Shown here: positions 24,151 through 38,062 of the stretch, in pieces
Layout of the letters: every line of letters begins with the position of its first letter
Numbering within the stretch: the stretch's first letter is position 1
Origin: Negaprion brevirostris
Taxonomy: Eukaryota
DNA: 64,000 nt
Direction of reading: 5' to 3'
Assembly: GCA_030324005.1 (NCBI GenBank)
Contig: JARDVH010000059.1
Coordinates: 39,913,921-39,977,920, forward strand
Translations under genes and position numbers: made by a program
The notes under the pieces: model-generated
Told to the model about the DNA's origin: nothing
What the model saw: the letters and a program-made list of their open reading frames with translations, nothing else
Databases searched by the model: none

Positions 24151-26139
24151 TGAGACAGTGCCAGGACTCAAAAAGTGAATTTTTGGCTCCATGGATGTGG
24201 TTTGCAATGCAATATCTTCCAGATTGGCCTCTATTTGTGTGTGAACCAGTGGATGCAAACAAGCTGCTGGACCAGAGGCACGTATGAGATGAGGCTGATC
24301 TAGCCATTATACCAGGTCCATACACATAGACTGCCAGCAGTATAATGGTTAGGAATAACTGAGCTTCATCTCTATTGCAAAGATAGATGCTGATGCTAAT
24401 TTTAGGATCTTTACTCCAGACCTACTGAAATCATTGAATTTAATACAAATTGCAGGTTGATCTTGGGCTATTCTGACCTGGATAAGTAAGCTATTTCCTG
24501 AATAAAGTCGAGCTTTGGTCATTATAGCAGAAAGTACTTCTAATTATCATTTTATTTAAAACACAACACTATAAGGTATATGCTACTGCATAATAGGTAT
24601 TCAAAGTATTGTGATTCTGTGCAAGTAGTTCATTCTAAATATGTTAGCCTGTTTTGTACGCAACATTAATGCAAGACAGATGGAAAATGGCAAAGTTCTT
24701 CATCGCCTTTCTGCGTTTGGAAAATTTAGACGTTATTCACACCATGGTATCTTATGTACCCCGCCAGCAGCTTTCTAGATGGGGAATGGCCATAAAATCC
24801 TTATATGGCTTTCCCTTGCCTCGACTGAGGCCCATAAATAGCTAATTAAGAGCCGTTGCCTGCTTATTCAGGTTGGCATGAAGAGTTCAGGGGTTGGTGG
24901 GGATGGGGAGTGGGATTTAAAAGTGACTCTGCTTCAGGTTTTCAATAGGAGATGAGGGGAGGGGAGGGAGAGGGTTGGGGGGCTGGGGGACATGCCTCCA
25001 TGAGCAGCCTCTTTTCAACATCAGGTGCCCCTTCAAAAGGTCTGGCCCTCACTGGTACTTCGTCCCAGCTGGCCACTCCAACAACTCCCCTACCACTGCC
25101 CACGTCACAAGGCTTCACCTCCCCTTCCAACCTGACAGCTCCAAAACTTACCTGCATCCCAGGACTTAGACTTTGGGAATGCTTGCATACCCAGTCCTGT
25201 CTACTGCAGCTTCTGGAATTGCTGAGACTAGGATCCGAACATTGGCCTCAACAGCATTCCGCATTTCCAGTGCCTGTGATTTATCGCGAAGAAAGTGGAC
25301 AAGAGGATGGTAGTAGAGGAATTATGTAGGCCAGTGTTGTTTCCAATAGATATAAAGAAGATTCTTTCCCACCTGACCAAAAAAGGTAGGATGGAAGCAG
25401 TACCAGTGGTTAGCAGCCATGGAATCCTGCAGGGTAATTGGATTCACGGCTGTTAGCAGGTCAATNNNNNNNNNNNNNNNNNNNNNNNNNNNNNNNNNNN
25501 NNNNNNNNNNNNNNNNNNNNNNNNNNNNNNNNNNNNNNNNNNNNNNNNNNNNNNNNNNNNNNNNNNNNNNNNNNNNNNNNNNNNNNNNNNNNNNNNNNNN
25601 NNNNNNNNNNNNNNNNNNNNNNNNNNNNNNNNNNNNNNNNNNNNNNNNNNNNNNNNNNNNNAGTGACATTCAGAAAGACCCATCTTGCTTGAGGGATGCC
25701 AGGTGAGGAGGATGGCATTTGATCATTATCTCAAGACTCAATTTCCCCTCCTGCCTGCAGGGGAGATAAGTTGACATTACCAGAGAAAGGACAAAGGTGG
25801 GTGGAGATGGTCACACCTGAGAACTCTTACAGCTGCTTTTGACCCAGAGCAGCTGGGCCATTACTGATTGAGAAATCGGATTGCTTCCTGATGAGACTGA
25901 GGAGGCCTAGAACATTGTGTCCACCTGTGGACGGAAAGGAAACACACAACTCACTGGGATGGGAAAAATGAACAGGGCGGCCTGGGACCCATTGTTTGTG
26001 TTTTCCAGCGCAGATATCCACACTCAGAAGACAGCTGGCTGCTTCAACAGAGACACTGCAATCCACCTCTCTAAAGGAGGACATCCAAACTTCTGAGGGT
26101 TCTGTGCCATATTATTCCCGCACCCTCCACCAGCACAAA

Positions 26140-26272
26140 TGGAATCATAGAATCCCTAAAGTGTGGAAGGAGGCCATTCAGCTCATTGAGCCAATAACAA
26201 TCCCAGCCAGGCCCTATCCCCGTAATCCCACGTATTTACCCTGCTACTTCCCCTGACGCTAAGGGTCAATTG
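26140..26272 (-). mobile_element. HE1 SINE 3' fragment
   Basis: gaatcatagaatccct...ggaggccattcagc...ctaagggtcaatt. Confidence 0.75.
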
Positions 26273-28430
26273 AAAGTAGTGTTGTAGACCAGGCCCATGC
26301 TAAGCCCAGGTTGATAATGTGCCTCTGGTTGGCCACAGAGACTCTGCTGGAGTTGCAGTGTGAACAGGTGAACATCTGATGGAGCTGCCAGAGACATTGA
26401 GCAGATAAGCACAAACAATGAAGGACTATCCAGCCCATGAGTTCAGCCATGTCTCAGGTGTGTGCTTGCAAGGCTTCTGTCATGGAGCTGTTGATGACCA
26501 TGGACAGCCCATTCAGCAGAACACTCAATAGCAGGAATGTGTGTTGTTAACAGCACTGTGTGTGTACCAGTACCACATTAATTCACCACTACCATTCAAG
26601 AAGGCAGTTCACCATCAGTTCCTCAAGGGCAATTTGAGATGGACAATAAATAGTGGCCTAGCCAGTGAATTAGTAAATAAAAAGGATGTGCTTCCAATGG
26701 TAGCAGAGTAGTTGGACATTTATGGAACAGAAGCTCTTCCCATTGATGAAAGCTACAGGCAGACCTCGTGGAGTTTTGATGGACAGGTGTGTAATCTACT
26801 ATGACCTGCACATGTGGAAAACCTGCAATGGCCTCAAAGCCAACACATCCTGTCAGCCTGGTTCTGAGGTTTGTTCAGAATTGCACAAACTCTCCACAAA
26901 TATTACATGGTACATTGGTCACATCCCTGATATAGTTTTTGTCGGGGATATCGCAGACATATTGCCGGTGAATTATTAAAAGGAGCCAGAGGCATAGAAA
27001 TTCAGCATTGCAATGATTTTCAGGCCCGTGGGCATCAGGTGCCCACCCAGTCCCATAGCTCACAGGTCAGTCTGCACTCTCCTATGATAGACTCCTTTAA
27101 GAAGCACATGTCTTCCCTGGCTCTGTTGCCCCAACAACTGCTGATAATTAGTGTAATTTTTGAACAATTTGGAACACAGCGTGTGCCATCTTTGGCATCT
27201 CTCCTGCTGATACTCAATATAGTCTGGTATAGTCTGCTCAGCTGCAGACTGCATCTCTTACTGCCCAGACTCTGGGGTCTAGTTCTTGATGGGACCTCTG
27301 ACATGCAATGCTACAGGCCTACCATGCCCCCACAGCACTTCCCACTCCAGCGGCCAATATTAAATTGTTAGGTTGCGATAGGTTCTCTGAGAAGTCAATT
27401 GTGGTTTGGGGGGTGTGGGTGAGTGGATGGGTGTGTTCAGATGTTGGCGGGTGTAAGGGGTTTTCAAGAAATTGGGAGGTTGGGATAAGAGGAAAGTTGT
27501 TTTTGTAGGCCTTAGTTATCAGAAGCAGTGAGTCCTGGGTAGCTGCCCCAGGGGAAGCTGCAAATGTTCTTCAATTTTTTAAAAAAATTGTTTTTTGGTT
27601 ACGTGCAATTCTTCAATCAACCGCATAAATCTTTTACAGGCATTTAAAATGTAACCATTGCCAATATAGTGATTTGGGACAGTGCAACACAGTAGCATGT
27701 CTACTGCTCAATATTACTAAGACACTAATAAATGAAAATACATTGTATAATATATTTTCTTCATCTACACAATATTTTAACATGCTGGCTTATTCAACGT
27801 GCTCACTTGGTGGGAAGATACAGGGATCAGCATCGAACTGGCAAAATAGCTTCCTTGCCATCTCCTTCCCTCATTCTTATGCTAACAAAAACATGGGTAG
27901 TAAAGTGGAACAAACCTTCACCAGTAATGCAAAATTAAACTTCTTTTTAATATTTCATATTTTTAAAATATGCATTTTCCATATAATTTATGTTTAACTG
28001 AATAGTTTTGAAAATTTCTTGTGGTAAAAAATCTTTTCATAAAATCTACTAGCTACACAGACACAGGCCATTCAGCTTATCTGGCCCTGACTGGCATTTA
28101 TGCTATGCACAAGACTTCTCCATATCCCCCTTTATTCAACACTATTAGGCACAATTCTATTTCTTCCTCATGCCAACTAACTGCCGCTCAATTAGAAGTA
28201 AATCAGACAGTTTTAAAAGACATAGGTTTGCAAACAATTTAAACATCCTGTTTATGTTACATGTTTATATTCACTATAGGTAATGTAAGTACCAACCATT
28301 TTTCTCCATTCATTTCCTTCATATTTCTCTTAATCTGGTTAACTGGCCTCAATCATTCTGTTGTATCTCAAGGTCTGAAAATCCAGGGACTAAAACAGAA
28401 AGCTGTTAAAACTCAACAATTTGGGAAATA

Positions 28431-29865
28431 TTGCTAAGTCTGGTTCTAGGGATAAAGAGATTCAGTTATGAAGATAAATTGGAAAAATTGAGATTTTTCT
28501 CCAAGAAAAACAGAAGGATGAGGGGAAATTTGATGGATGTATGCAAAATCATGAATAGTCTGAACAGTATAGATAGGGAGAAACTGTTCCCATTGGTGAA
28601 AATGATTGAAAAGGAGAGGGTACAGATTTAAAGTAATTGATGGGGAGGGGAGGGTGGTCAGTTAACTCAGTTGGCTGGACAGTTGGTTTGTGATGCAGAA
28701 TGATGCCAGCAGTGTGGCTTCAATTACTGTACCGGCTGCGGTTATTCATGAACACTCAGCTTTTCAACTTTGCACCTTGCCTTAGGTGTGGTACCCTTGG
28801 GTCATTACAGTCATGGAGATTTACAGCATGGAAACAGGTCCTTCAGCCCAACTTGTCCATGCCACTTTTTTTTTAAACCCCTCAGCTAATATCAATTGCC
28901 TGCTTTGGCCCATATCCCTCTATACCCATCTTACCTATGGAACTGTCTAAATGCTTTTTAAAAAACAAAATTGTATCAGCCTCTACTACTACCTCTGGCA
29001 GCTTGTTCCAGCCACTCACCACCCTCTATGTGAAAAAATTGCCCTTCTGGACACTTTTGTATCTCTCCCCNNNNNNNNNNTGCCCGCTTTTGGCCCATAT
29101 CCCTCTGTACCCTTCTTACCGATGTAACTGTCTAAATGCTTTTTAAAAGATAAAATTGTATTCGTCTCTACTACTACATCTGGCAGCTTGTTCCAAACAC
29201 TTCTCTGTGTGAAAATATTGCCCTTCTGGATACTTTTGTATCTCTCCCCTCTCACCTTAAACCTATGCCCTTTAGTTTTAGACTCCCCTATCTTTGGGAA
29301 AAGATATTGGCTATCTAGCTGGCCTCTGCCCCTCATTATTTTATAGATCTCTATAAAATCACCCCTCAGCCTCCTATGCTCCAGAGAAAAAAGTCTCAGT
29401 CAATCCAGCCTCCCCTNNNNNNNNNNNNNNNNNNNNNNNNNNNNNNNNNNNNNNNNNNNNNNNNNNNNNNNNNNNNNNNNNNNNNNNNNNNNNNNNNNNN
29501 NNNNNNNNNNNNNNNNCTCGCTATTTCCTCCTTGATGACGGATTCTAACATTTTACCTACAACAGATGTTAAACTAACTGGCCTATAATTCCCCTATGGT
29601 AAGCTGGAACTATGGTGATTTAACTTTTAAAGTAATCGACTAAAGAAGCAAAAGTGACTTAACAGGGGTTAAGTTCTGGTATGTGCTGCCTAAGAGTAAT
29701 GGAGGCAGGTCCAATTGAATTATTCGAAAGAAAATTATCTGAAAAGAAAGAATGTATAGGGTTAGTAATAGAATATCACAAAGTGAATTGCTCCTTCGGA
29801 GAGCCAGTGCAGAAACAATGGGCCAAATGACCTCCCTATGCTGTAACAATTCTGTGATTCTATCA
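28431..29865. mobile_element. Nested cluster: old CR1 3' end (+), interrupted by a tRNA-SINE (28650-28805 + 29590-29625), itself interrupted by minus-strand CR1 3' ends (28805-29590)
   Basis: SYEDKLEKL..RRMRGNL peptide; tRNA head ggtcagttaactcagttggctgg; minus-strand SKTKGHRFKVRGERYK...FTQR..WNKLP. Confidence 0.75.
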
Positions 29866-30394
29866 TACAGAATATTTGTGGATTCAAGATGGCCTCTGAG
29901 CAGTCAGTTGGCTAGGGAATCCTTTGCTATGCAAGTCAATCTGCTGCTGTCTGCTGTCATCTGTTTCTCTTTCTCTCCCTTAAGCCCTCACTTCTGGTGT
30001 TCAAGTTCCCCTGATTGTAACAGTGGGTGTATTTAGCACAAACCTCACATAAACTGTTAGTTTAAATGGCCTGTTCCTGATGGTTCAAACCTCATCACAC
30101 AACCTTCCTTTGTGAGTTCTAATAAAGATTGGGAAAATACCTGGCTGTGGATTTTCTCTTAAAAACTGGCTTCAAATTCTTAGACTGTACCAGACATCAA
30201 GATCACATTTCTGCACTGGACTACATGAGAAAAACATGAGTCTGTCTATAATCTGCTGCTGTTTGTTTGATATGTGAGCTGTGAAAAAGAACTGGAAATA
30301 TCCGGAAATACAACTTTCACTTGGCTTCAATTTCTTTGCATCCTCGCAACAGTAATATCTGGATTCAACATTGAGAATTCCCAGGGCAATTCCC

Positions 30395-32295
30395 TCCCAA
30401 CCCGGGGGGGGAGGGGTGTGGGGGGGTGCGGTGGTGGCCAGGGGGGATACTTGCTAAAGTGGCTGGGGAGGATTTAAACTAATATGGCAGGGGCATGGGA
30501 ACCTTTACAAGGATTCAGAGCAAGGGGAATTAAGAACAAGAGGAAAAGACAGTAAGGAGAATGAGGAAAGTGATAGGCAGAGAAATCAAGGGCCATAGTC
30601 AGATAAGGACCAAGTGAAAAAAATAGTAGGAAAGGGAAAAGAAATGTCAAAAGTGCCCACCGTAAGGTTTTGTACCTGAATGCTCGGAGAATTCAAATCA
30701 AAACTGAATGTATTAATTGCACAGATAGAAGTGAAGTGGTATGATATAGTTGGCATTACGGAGATGTGGCTCCAAGGTAAGCAAGGGTGGGAACTAAACA
30801 TCGTGGACTATTCATTGTTTAGGAAGGACAGATGGAAAGGAAAAGGTGTTGGAGTTACATTGTTGAGTAAAAATGATGTTGACATAATACTGAGGAAAGA
30901 TATGAGCGTAGATGATGTGGAATCTGTATGCATCGAGTTAAGATACTACAAAGGGCAAAAAATATTGGTGGGAATGGTATACAGACCACCAAACTGTAGT
31001 GGTAACATTGGGAAAAGCATTAGACAGGATATCAGAGATCCATGTGTTAAAGGGACATCTGTCTTTATGGGGGACGTCAATCTGCAAATAGATTGAGAGA
31101 AATAAATTAATCACAGTACAACAGAGGAGGAATTTCTGTACAGGACAAATTTCTGGAGCAATATGTTGCGGAACCAACAAAGGAGCAGGCCATCTTGGTC
31201 TGAGTGTTGTGCAATGAGAGAGGATTGGTTGGCAATCTAGTTGTGAGAGAACCCTTGGGGACGAGCGACCATGATATGGTAGATTTATTTGTCAAGGTGG
31301 ATAATGATGTAATTCATTCTGAGACCAGGGCCCTGAATCTCAATAAAGATAACTATGGTGGTGTGGGGCATGAATTGGCCATGGTGGACTGGGAAACAGT
31401 GCTGAAAGGAAAGACAATGGCAGGCATTGAATAGGTGAAACTATTCCTGTTGTTTATTCCTGTTTGGTGCAAAAGTAGTAAGGGAATTGTGGCCAAACCA
31501 AGGTTTACAGGGGAAGTTAGTATCAGATTCAAGGAAGAAGCGTACAAATTGGCAAGAAAAAGCAATAGGCCTGAGGATTGGGGACAGTTTAAAATACAGC
31601 AAAGGAGGACAAAGGGATTAATTAAGAAGATAAAGATAGAGTATGAAAGTAAGCTCGCAGGGAACATAAGAACTGACTGTAAAAGTTTCCAAAGACATGT
31701 AAAGAGAAACTGATTGCCAAAAATGAATGTAGGCCCCTTACAGTCAGAAATGGGAGAATTCATAATGAGAAATTAGGAAATGGCTGATGAATTACATTTG
31801 TACTTTGCTTCGGTCTTCACAAAGGAAGGCATGAATAATATACCAGAAGTGCTGAGAGAAACATGTTTTATTGAGGAGCTGAAGGAAATCAGCATTAGTC
31901 GGAAATGCTTTTGGGGAAATTGATGGGGTTGAAGGTGGATAAATCTCCAGGTCCTGATAATCTTCATTCCAGAGTATTTAAGTAAGTGGCCATGGGAATA
32001 GTAGATCCATTGGTGGTTATTTTCCAAAATTCTTTAGACTTTGGAATAGCTCCTAAAGGTTAGGGTAGCTAATTAAGCCTGCATGTTCAAAAAGGGAGGT
32101 AAAAGAAACCAGGAAACCATAGATCAATGAGCCTAACATCGGTACTGGGGAATTGCAAGAGTGTATTATTAACGATTTCATAACTCGGTATTTGGAAGGC
32201 AGTGGCATAATCAGACAAAGTCAGCATAATTTACAAAAGGGAGATCATGCTTGACGAATCTATTGAATTCTTTGAGGATGTAACTAGTAGAGTTT
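30395..32295 (+). mobile_element. CR1 LINE ORF2 5' half (APE endonuclease to start of RT)
   Basis: YDIVGITEMWL, LFRKDRWKGKGVGV, LVGMVYRPP, MGDVN, LGTSDH (endonuclease motifs). Ends at ..FFEDVTSRV. Confidence 0.92.
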
Positions 32296-32583
32296 AAAGA
32301 ACAAAGAACAAACAACAACACAGCATGGGAAACAGGCCCTTCGGCCCAGCGAGCCCACGCCACCATTTTAACATTGTGAGTGCCCTCCTATACCTATGAC
32401 CTTTGTGTACGCCTATTGGGGAAGATTGAGGGAAGACTAATTTAGGGACAATTTGTTACACCAATTAGCCTAAGAGCACGTTTTTGGGGTATGGGAGGAA
32501 ACCGGGGCACCCAGAGAAAACCCACGCAATCACGGGGAGAATGTGCAAACTCCTGCAGACACTGGCCCAAATCCATGTATCTG
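32296..32583 (-). mobile_element. SINE of a second family (HE1-like core, distinct body, (aaagaac)n tail)
   Basis: Clearly homologous to 36126-36435 (gagggaagactaattt..gacaatttgttacaccaat...ggcccaaatccatgtatctg). Confidence 0.75.
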
Positions 32584-34639
32584 NNNNNNNNNNNNNNNNN
32601 NNNNNNNNNNNNNNNNNNNNNNNNNNNNNNNNNNNNNNNNNNNNNNNNNNNNNNNNNNNNNNNNNNNNNNNNNNNNNNNNNNNGATCTTACTGAATGGCG
32701 GGGCAGGCTCGAAGGGCTAGATGGCCTACTCCTGCTCCTATTTCTTATGTTCTTATGTACTGCACCAGGTTAGCCGCCTGAACGCTGAAACATCAGCAAA
32801 ATGCTATTCTCTGAGCATGAGTATGGAATCAGAATTTCAAAAATTGAAGGTATAAAGTGATCGTACAATTCTGAATCATTTAATCACTGTATGCCTTCAG
32901 ACAAATCTTTTTTTATATCATGTGAGCATTATAAATGTATATTGAGTGGTCATGGTCCTACCAGTGGCTTAGAAGATTACTGTTTGGTGATTTCAATGAT
33001 GCAGACTATGAAATGCTTCTTTCCGATTGAACGCTATAGTCTGGAATTTGCAGTCAGTCATCACCATTGATTTCAACGGAAGCTATGCTGAGAGATCTTG
33101 TGAGCTTTGTGGCAAGAAAGTCACCTTACACTTTACTCCGCTAATGAGTTAACGAGGATTCCCAGCATGGAACTGAAATGATGTCATCAAACCATCCAAG
33201 CAACCAATCAGGTCAAAGAATCTTCACAAATAGTTAATCAGGAAATTAAAAACACTAAAAAAATCATTTGAACAAGGTGTAACTACTTTTGAGGTTTGTA
33301 ACTGAAAAGGGAAAGGATTCACTCAATCATCCAAGTTCACTGATCAGTGGGGTTCGTGATGTTGATGGGAGTAACCACACTGCATCTTGGGGCAGAGCAG
33401 AGACTGCAACCTCAGAATTTCAGCATTAAGCCAGCTGTGTACTAACTCGTAAAGTTACCGTCAGCTTCAGAGAGTAAACACAGACAACTCATTGTCAAAA
33501 GTCCTCTAAGTCCAATTATTTTCAAATACTGCAATGAAGTTTCTCATAAGGCAAGTTGAAATGGCAGATGTTGGAGATCAGCATGAGATATTTTGCCCAA
33601 GAGTCATCCCAAGAGATATCTGGAATTTCTATTAAGAAGTAGCTATAAATCACTTGAAATGCCCAGGTACAATTTAGATAATGTCTTATAAATTGGGTCT
33701 TGTTAGTTTAAATAGAGGATTGTGGCAGAAAAATAATTGAGAAATTAGAGGATTTTAATGCAAAAACAGAGGTTTGGATTGAGTGAAGAGTTAAAATGTT
33801 ATATATCAAAAACCTGACACCAACCCTCTGGGAACATGTCTACCTTTGGTTGGGGATGGGGTTTGGGAGACCAAGCTGTTGTGAGGAGGTGTGTTAGCCA
33901 CTTTAAAATGATAATACAGTTGTGAACCTTAGTGTTATTCAATATTTTAAATATAGCTCTGAACAACTGGATATCCTGAGCCTCTGAATACCTAGCAGCT
34001 ACACCAAAGCATGGACTTTTGGATCTTGGAGATAAATTAACTTTTCAACCCAGCAAGCAAACCTACAAAATCAGCCTTTATCCTTTATGATTCCCTCTGA
34101 TCTTCAGCCAAAGCTTTTGAACTCCATCCTCCACATGCTCTGTTCCCCAGACCTTGCCACCCTGGGACACAAAGGTTGACACATTCTCTCCCCTCCCCCA
34201 GCCTCACTCTCAAGATTGAGCCCTTCCCCTATCTTGTGCTGTAGTCTTCTATGGCCTGCTGCTCATCTGACTGGAAGCCAGGCTGATCAATCATGTTGAT
34301 TTCCTATCAGAGATCTTGCAAGTGATGTCACCTGCATGTTTAATCTATAATGTGTTGCAGAACTCCCAACTTCTGGGCTATCTGTTCTCCAGTGGCCCAC
34401 TGCCACTTCCCATCCCCGCTCTGTGGGTCAGACAAGTTAAATCCAACCCGGACTTTGTGTTTTATGAATAGAATACTGTTAATTTGTAGGTATGGCATTT
34501 ATATAGGGCTCATCATATTGAGAGGTCTGAATACTATGTATAATAATTATATTTCAAGTATCATGGCAGGTGTCATTTTGGGTGAATAAGTTATAGAGAC
34601 AAAGTCTCAGTATTAATTCCTGATCTGCGCTGTAAATGT

Positions 34640-35400
34640 TCATAGAATCATAGAATCATAGAAATCCTACAGTGCAGAAAGAGGCCATTCGGTCCATTGA
34701 ATCTGCACCGACCACAATCCCATCCAGGCCCTACCCCCATATATTTATCCACTAACCCCTCTAACCTACAAATCTCAGGACACTAAGGGCAATTTTTAAC
34801 ATGGCCAATCAACCTAACCCGTACATCTTTGGACTGTGGGAGGAAACCAGAGCACCCGGAGGACACGCATGCAGACATGAGAATGTGCAAGCTCCACACA
34901 GACAGTGGCCCAAGACAGGCATTGAACCCAGGTCCCTGGAGCTGTGAAGCAGTAGTGCTAACCATGCTGCCCTAATGCTGTTGGTAGTAGAGTGCAAAAT
35001 TTGATCCTGATGTTCTTCGGATCATCTGGATCATCAGTCAGGTTCTCATTATAGATCACTATCCAGTGTCTGGTCAGCATGGTGACACAGTAGTTAGCAC
35101 TTCTGCCTCACAGCCCCAAAGACCCTGGTTCAATTCTGGTCTCTAGTCAGTGTCTGTGTGGAGTTTGCACATTCTCCCTGTGTCTGCGTGGGTTTCTCTT
35201 GAGTGTTCCAGTTTCCTCCCTGAGTCCAAAGATGTGCAGGTTAGGTTGATTGGCTATGCTAAGTTGACCCTTAGTGTCAAGGAGGTTAGCAGGATAAATA
35301 CATGGGTTTACAGGGATAGGACCTGGCTGGGATTGCTGACAGTACAGACTCAATGGACTGAATGGTTTCTTTCTCCACTGTTGAGATTCAACAATTCTGT
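34640..35400. mobile_element. Divergent pair of HE1 SINEs (34640-34975 minus; 35077-35400 plus) inserted in an older SINE
   Basis: Both copies have A/B boxes, HE1 core and (catagaat)n-type tails. The flanking and intervening sequence resembles the old SINE at 59230-59520. Confidence 0.85.
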
Positions 35401-36125
35401 GAATGTGTGGATGTTGGCATTAATAGAACAGTCTCACTTTCCCTTGTCAATATGATGGCAGAACCCACTGTCTTCATGCATACATGAAGCATTGCACTCA
35501 ATGGGATGCTTCAATCATGTCAGTGTTGTAGGATTATACTTTAAGATGAACCAGCAGAGAAAAAAGAACATTGCAATGGAAAAGAATATTAAATGGTGAG
35601 TGTCCCCGTTTAAGTGGTAATTCTTATTGTATTTCTATGTTTGCTTAATACAAACTTGCCAATCTCATATAGGACTAGTAAACTAAATGTAGGTTCAGTT
35701 TAATTGAAGATGTAGTATGGGATTTACTATAGCTGACAGATGTGCTATAAAGATTCAACGGCTGTTGTTAACAGGAAAGTACAGTTGCATCTCCTTCATT
35801 TGTTGCTATCTAAACTGAAAGTTCCTCTAAACAACGTCTGCTAGGCACATCCTAGCTACTTATTCATCAGCATATTTTCTCCACAATATGATATATCATA
35901 ACATGATATAATAGCATCCCCCTTTTTTCCAAGATAACACTACATGCAGTAAGAGAGAAAATACATATACATTAGGATAGTAACAAAAATGATTTACCTG
36001 AAAAATGAATCACTGTTCAAGAGTTTAAGGACTCCAGAGTTTACGTGATGGTTTAAAGTCCTAGATCTCGTAATGGTATGACCTTCCTGAGATTTGACTT
36101 GTCACTTGGTGTTCTTGATTGTAGG

Positions 36126-36435
36126 TACAAAGAACAAAACAGCCTGGGAAACAGGCCCTTCTGCCCAACGAGCCCACACCGCCATTTTAACATTGAGTCC
36201 CCCCCTCCACCCATGACCCTTGTCTATGCTTATGGCATTCCACTTTGAGGGAAGACTAATTTGGGGACAATTTGTTACACCAATCTGCCTAATAGCACAT
36301 TTTGGGGTGTGGAAGGAAACTGGAGAAAACCCACACAAGCACCGGGAGAATGCGCAAACTCCCACAGACACTGGCCCACATCCATGTATCTGCACAGCAA
36401 ACAGTGATAGTCACTGAGCTGTCATGTTGCCCAGC
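36126..36435 (-). mobile_element. SINE, same family as 32296-32583
   Basis: Direct homology to the 32296 copy, plus a tRNA-like head at its right end. Confidence 0.75.
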
Positions 36436-36877
36436 ATCTGGTCCAGTTTAAGCATACACTAACGACGGGAAGCACTGGGCAACTCTCGAAGCAACATCCA
36501 AGAGCAGACCTTGCACGACCCACCGTGTGTATGTCCCTTGTTGGACAACATGGCAGACCGAATCACCTGTGAAGTAAAAGAAAAGACATCAATGAACATG
36601 CACAACTTAGACATTTACGGAATTTCCAGAAGCTCAGAAGTAAGACAAGTGAGCCATGAAATATGTTGGAAGATCCATAGGAATCAATTAATTTAGAACA
36701 GTCTCCTGTATCCCTCCATCTCTAGTCCACTCATGTGCCTATCTAAGTAAGCCTTAAACAACTCTAGCGTGCCTGCCTCCACCACCCTACTTGACATTGC
36801 ATTCCAGACCCCCATCACCCTCTGTGTGAAAAACCTCCCTCTAATATCTGAATTATACCTCGTCCCCCCCAATTTAC

Positions 36878-38062
36878 TGAGGCGAACCAATGGATGTGGT
36901 TTATTTAGACTTTCAGAGGGCTTTTGACAAGGTCTGACATAACAAAAGATTGATATGTAAGTTTAAAGCACATGCGATTGTAGATAATGTCTTGAAATGT
37001 ATAGAAGGTTAGAAGATAGGAAGCAAAGAATTGGCATAAATCGGTCTTTTCTGATTGGCAGTCAGTAACTAGTAGAGTTCTGTGGGGATCTGTGCTGGGA
37101 CCCTCACTGTTCACATTGTATATTACTGATTTGGAAGAGAGGACTGAATGTATTATCTCCATATTTGGAGATGATACAAAGTTGGTTGTGAGAGAGAGCT
37201 GTGAGAAGGATGCGGAGATGCTTCAGCATGATTTGCACACACTGAGTGTGTGAGCGTCCACACGGCAGAGGCAGTATATTGTAGATAAATGTGAGGTTAT
37301 CCACATTTGTAGCAAAAACAGGAAGATAGATTACTACTTGGAGAGACATGGATACTCAACGAGTCCTTGGAGCCCTCATGCATCAGTCACTGAAGGTAAG
37401 TGTGCAGGTACAGCAGGCAGCAAAGAAGGCAAATGGTATGTTGGCCTTCATAGTGAGAGGATTTGTGTATAAGGATCAGGATGTTTTGCTGCAATTGCGT
37501 AGTGCATTGGTGAGGCCACATCTGGAGTATTGTGTGCAGTTTTAGTGGTCTTTATCGGAGGAAGGACGTCCTTGCTACATAGGGAGTACAGTGAAGGTTT
37601 ACCAAGCTGATTCCTGGTATGGCAGGCCTGTCATATGAAGAGACACTAAGTCAGCTAGGATTATATTCACTGGAGTTTAGGAGATCTTATAGAAACTTAC
37701 AAAATTCTAACAGGGCTAGACAGGGTAGATTCAAAAATAATGTTCCCAATGGTGGGAGAGTCCAGAACTAGAGGTTATAGTTTGTGGATAAGGGGTAAAC
37801 CTTTTAGAACTGAGGTGAGAAGTAATTTCTTCTCCCAGAGGGTGATGAATGTGTGGAATTCACTACCACAGAATGTAGTTGAAGCCAAATATTGTCTAAT
37901 TTCAAGAGGAAATTAAATATGGTTTTTGGGGCTAAAGGGATTAAGGGATATGGTAGGAAGGGGGGCATCAGGATATTGAATTTGATGATCAGCCATGATC
38001 ATAATGAATGGCAGAGCAGGCTTGAAGGACCAATTGGCCTCCTCCTGCTTCTAGTTTCTATG
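36878..38062 (+). mobile_element. CR1 LINE ORF2 3' half (RT to 3' end)
   Basis: GEPMDVVYLDFQRAFDKV, GSVLGPSLFTLYITDL, FGDDTKL, LVRPHLEYCVQF and a CR1 tail. A minus-strand CR1 3' fragment precedes it (36690-36875). Confidence 0.92.

Noticed and set aside
28898-29255. ~175-bp tandem duplication of a CR1 3' segment
   Set aside because: The copies are diverged and separated by Ns. Two independent CR1 copies or a scaffolding join is more likely than a meaningful array.
30680-31713. ORFs with endonuclease-like peptides as a host gene
   Set aside because: Frameshifted, stop-ridden CR1 ORF2.
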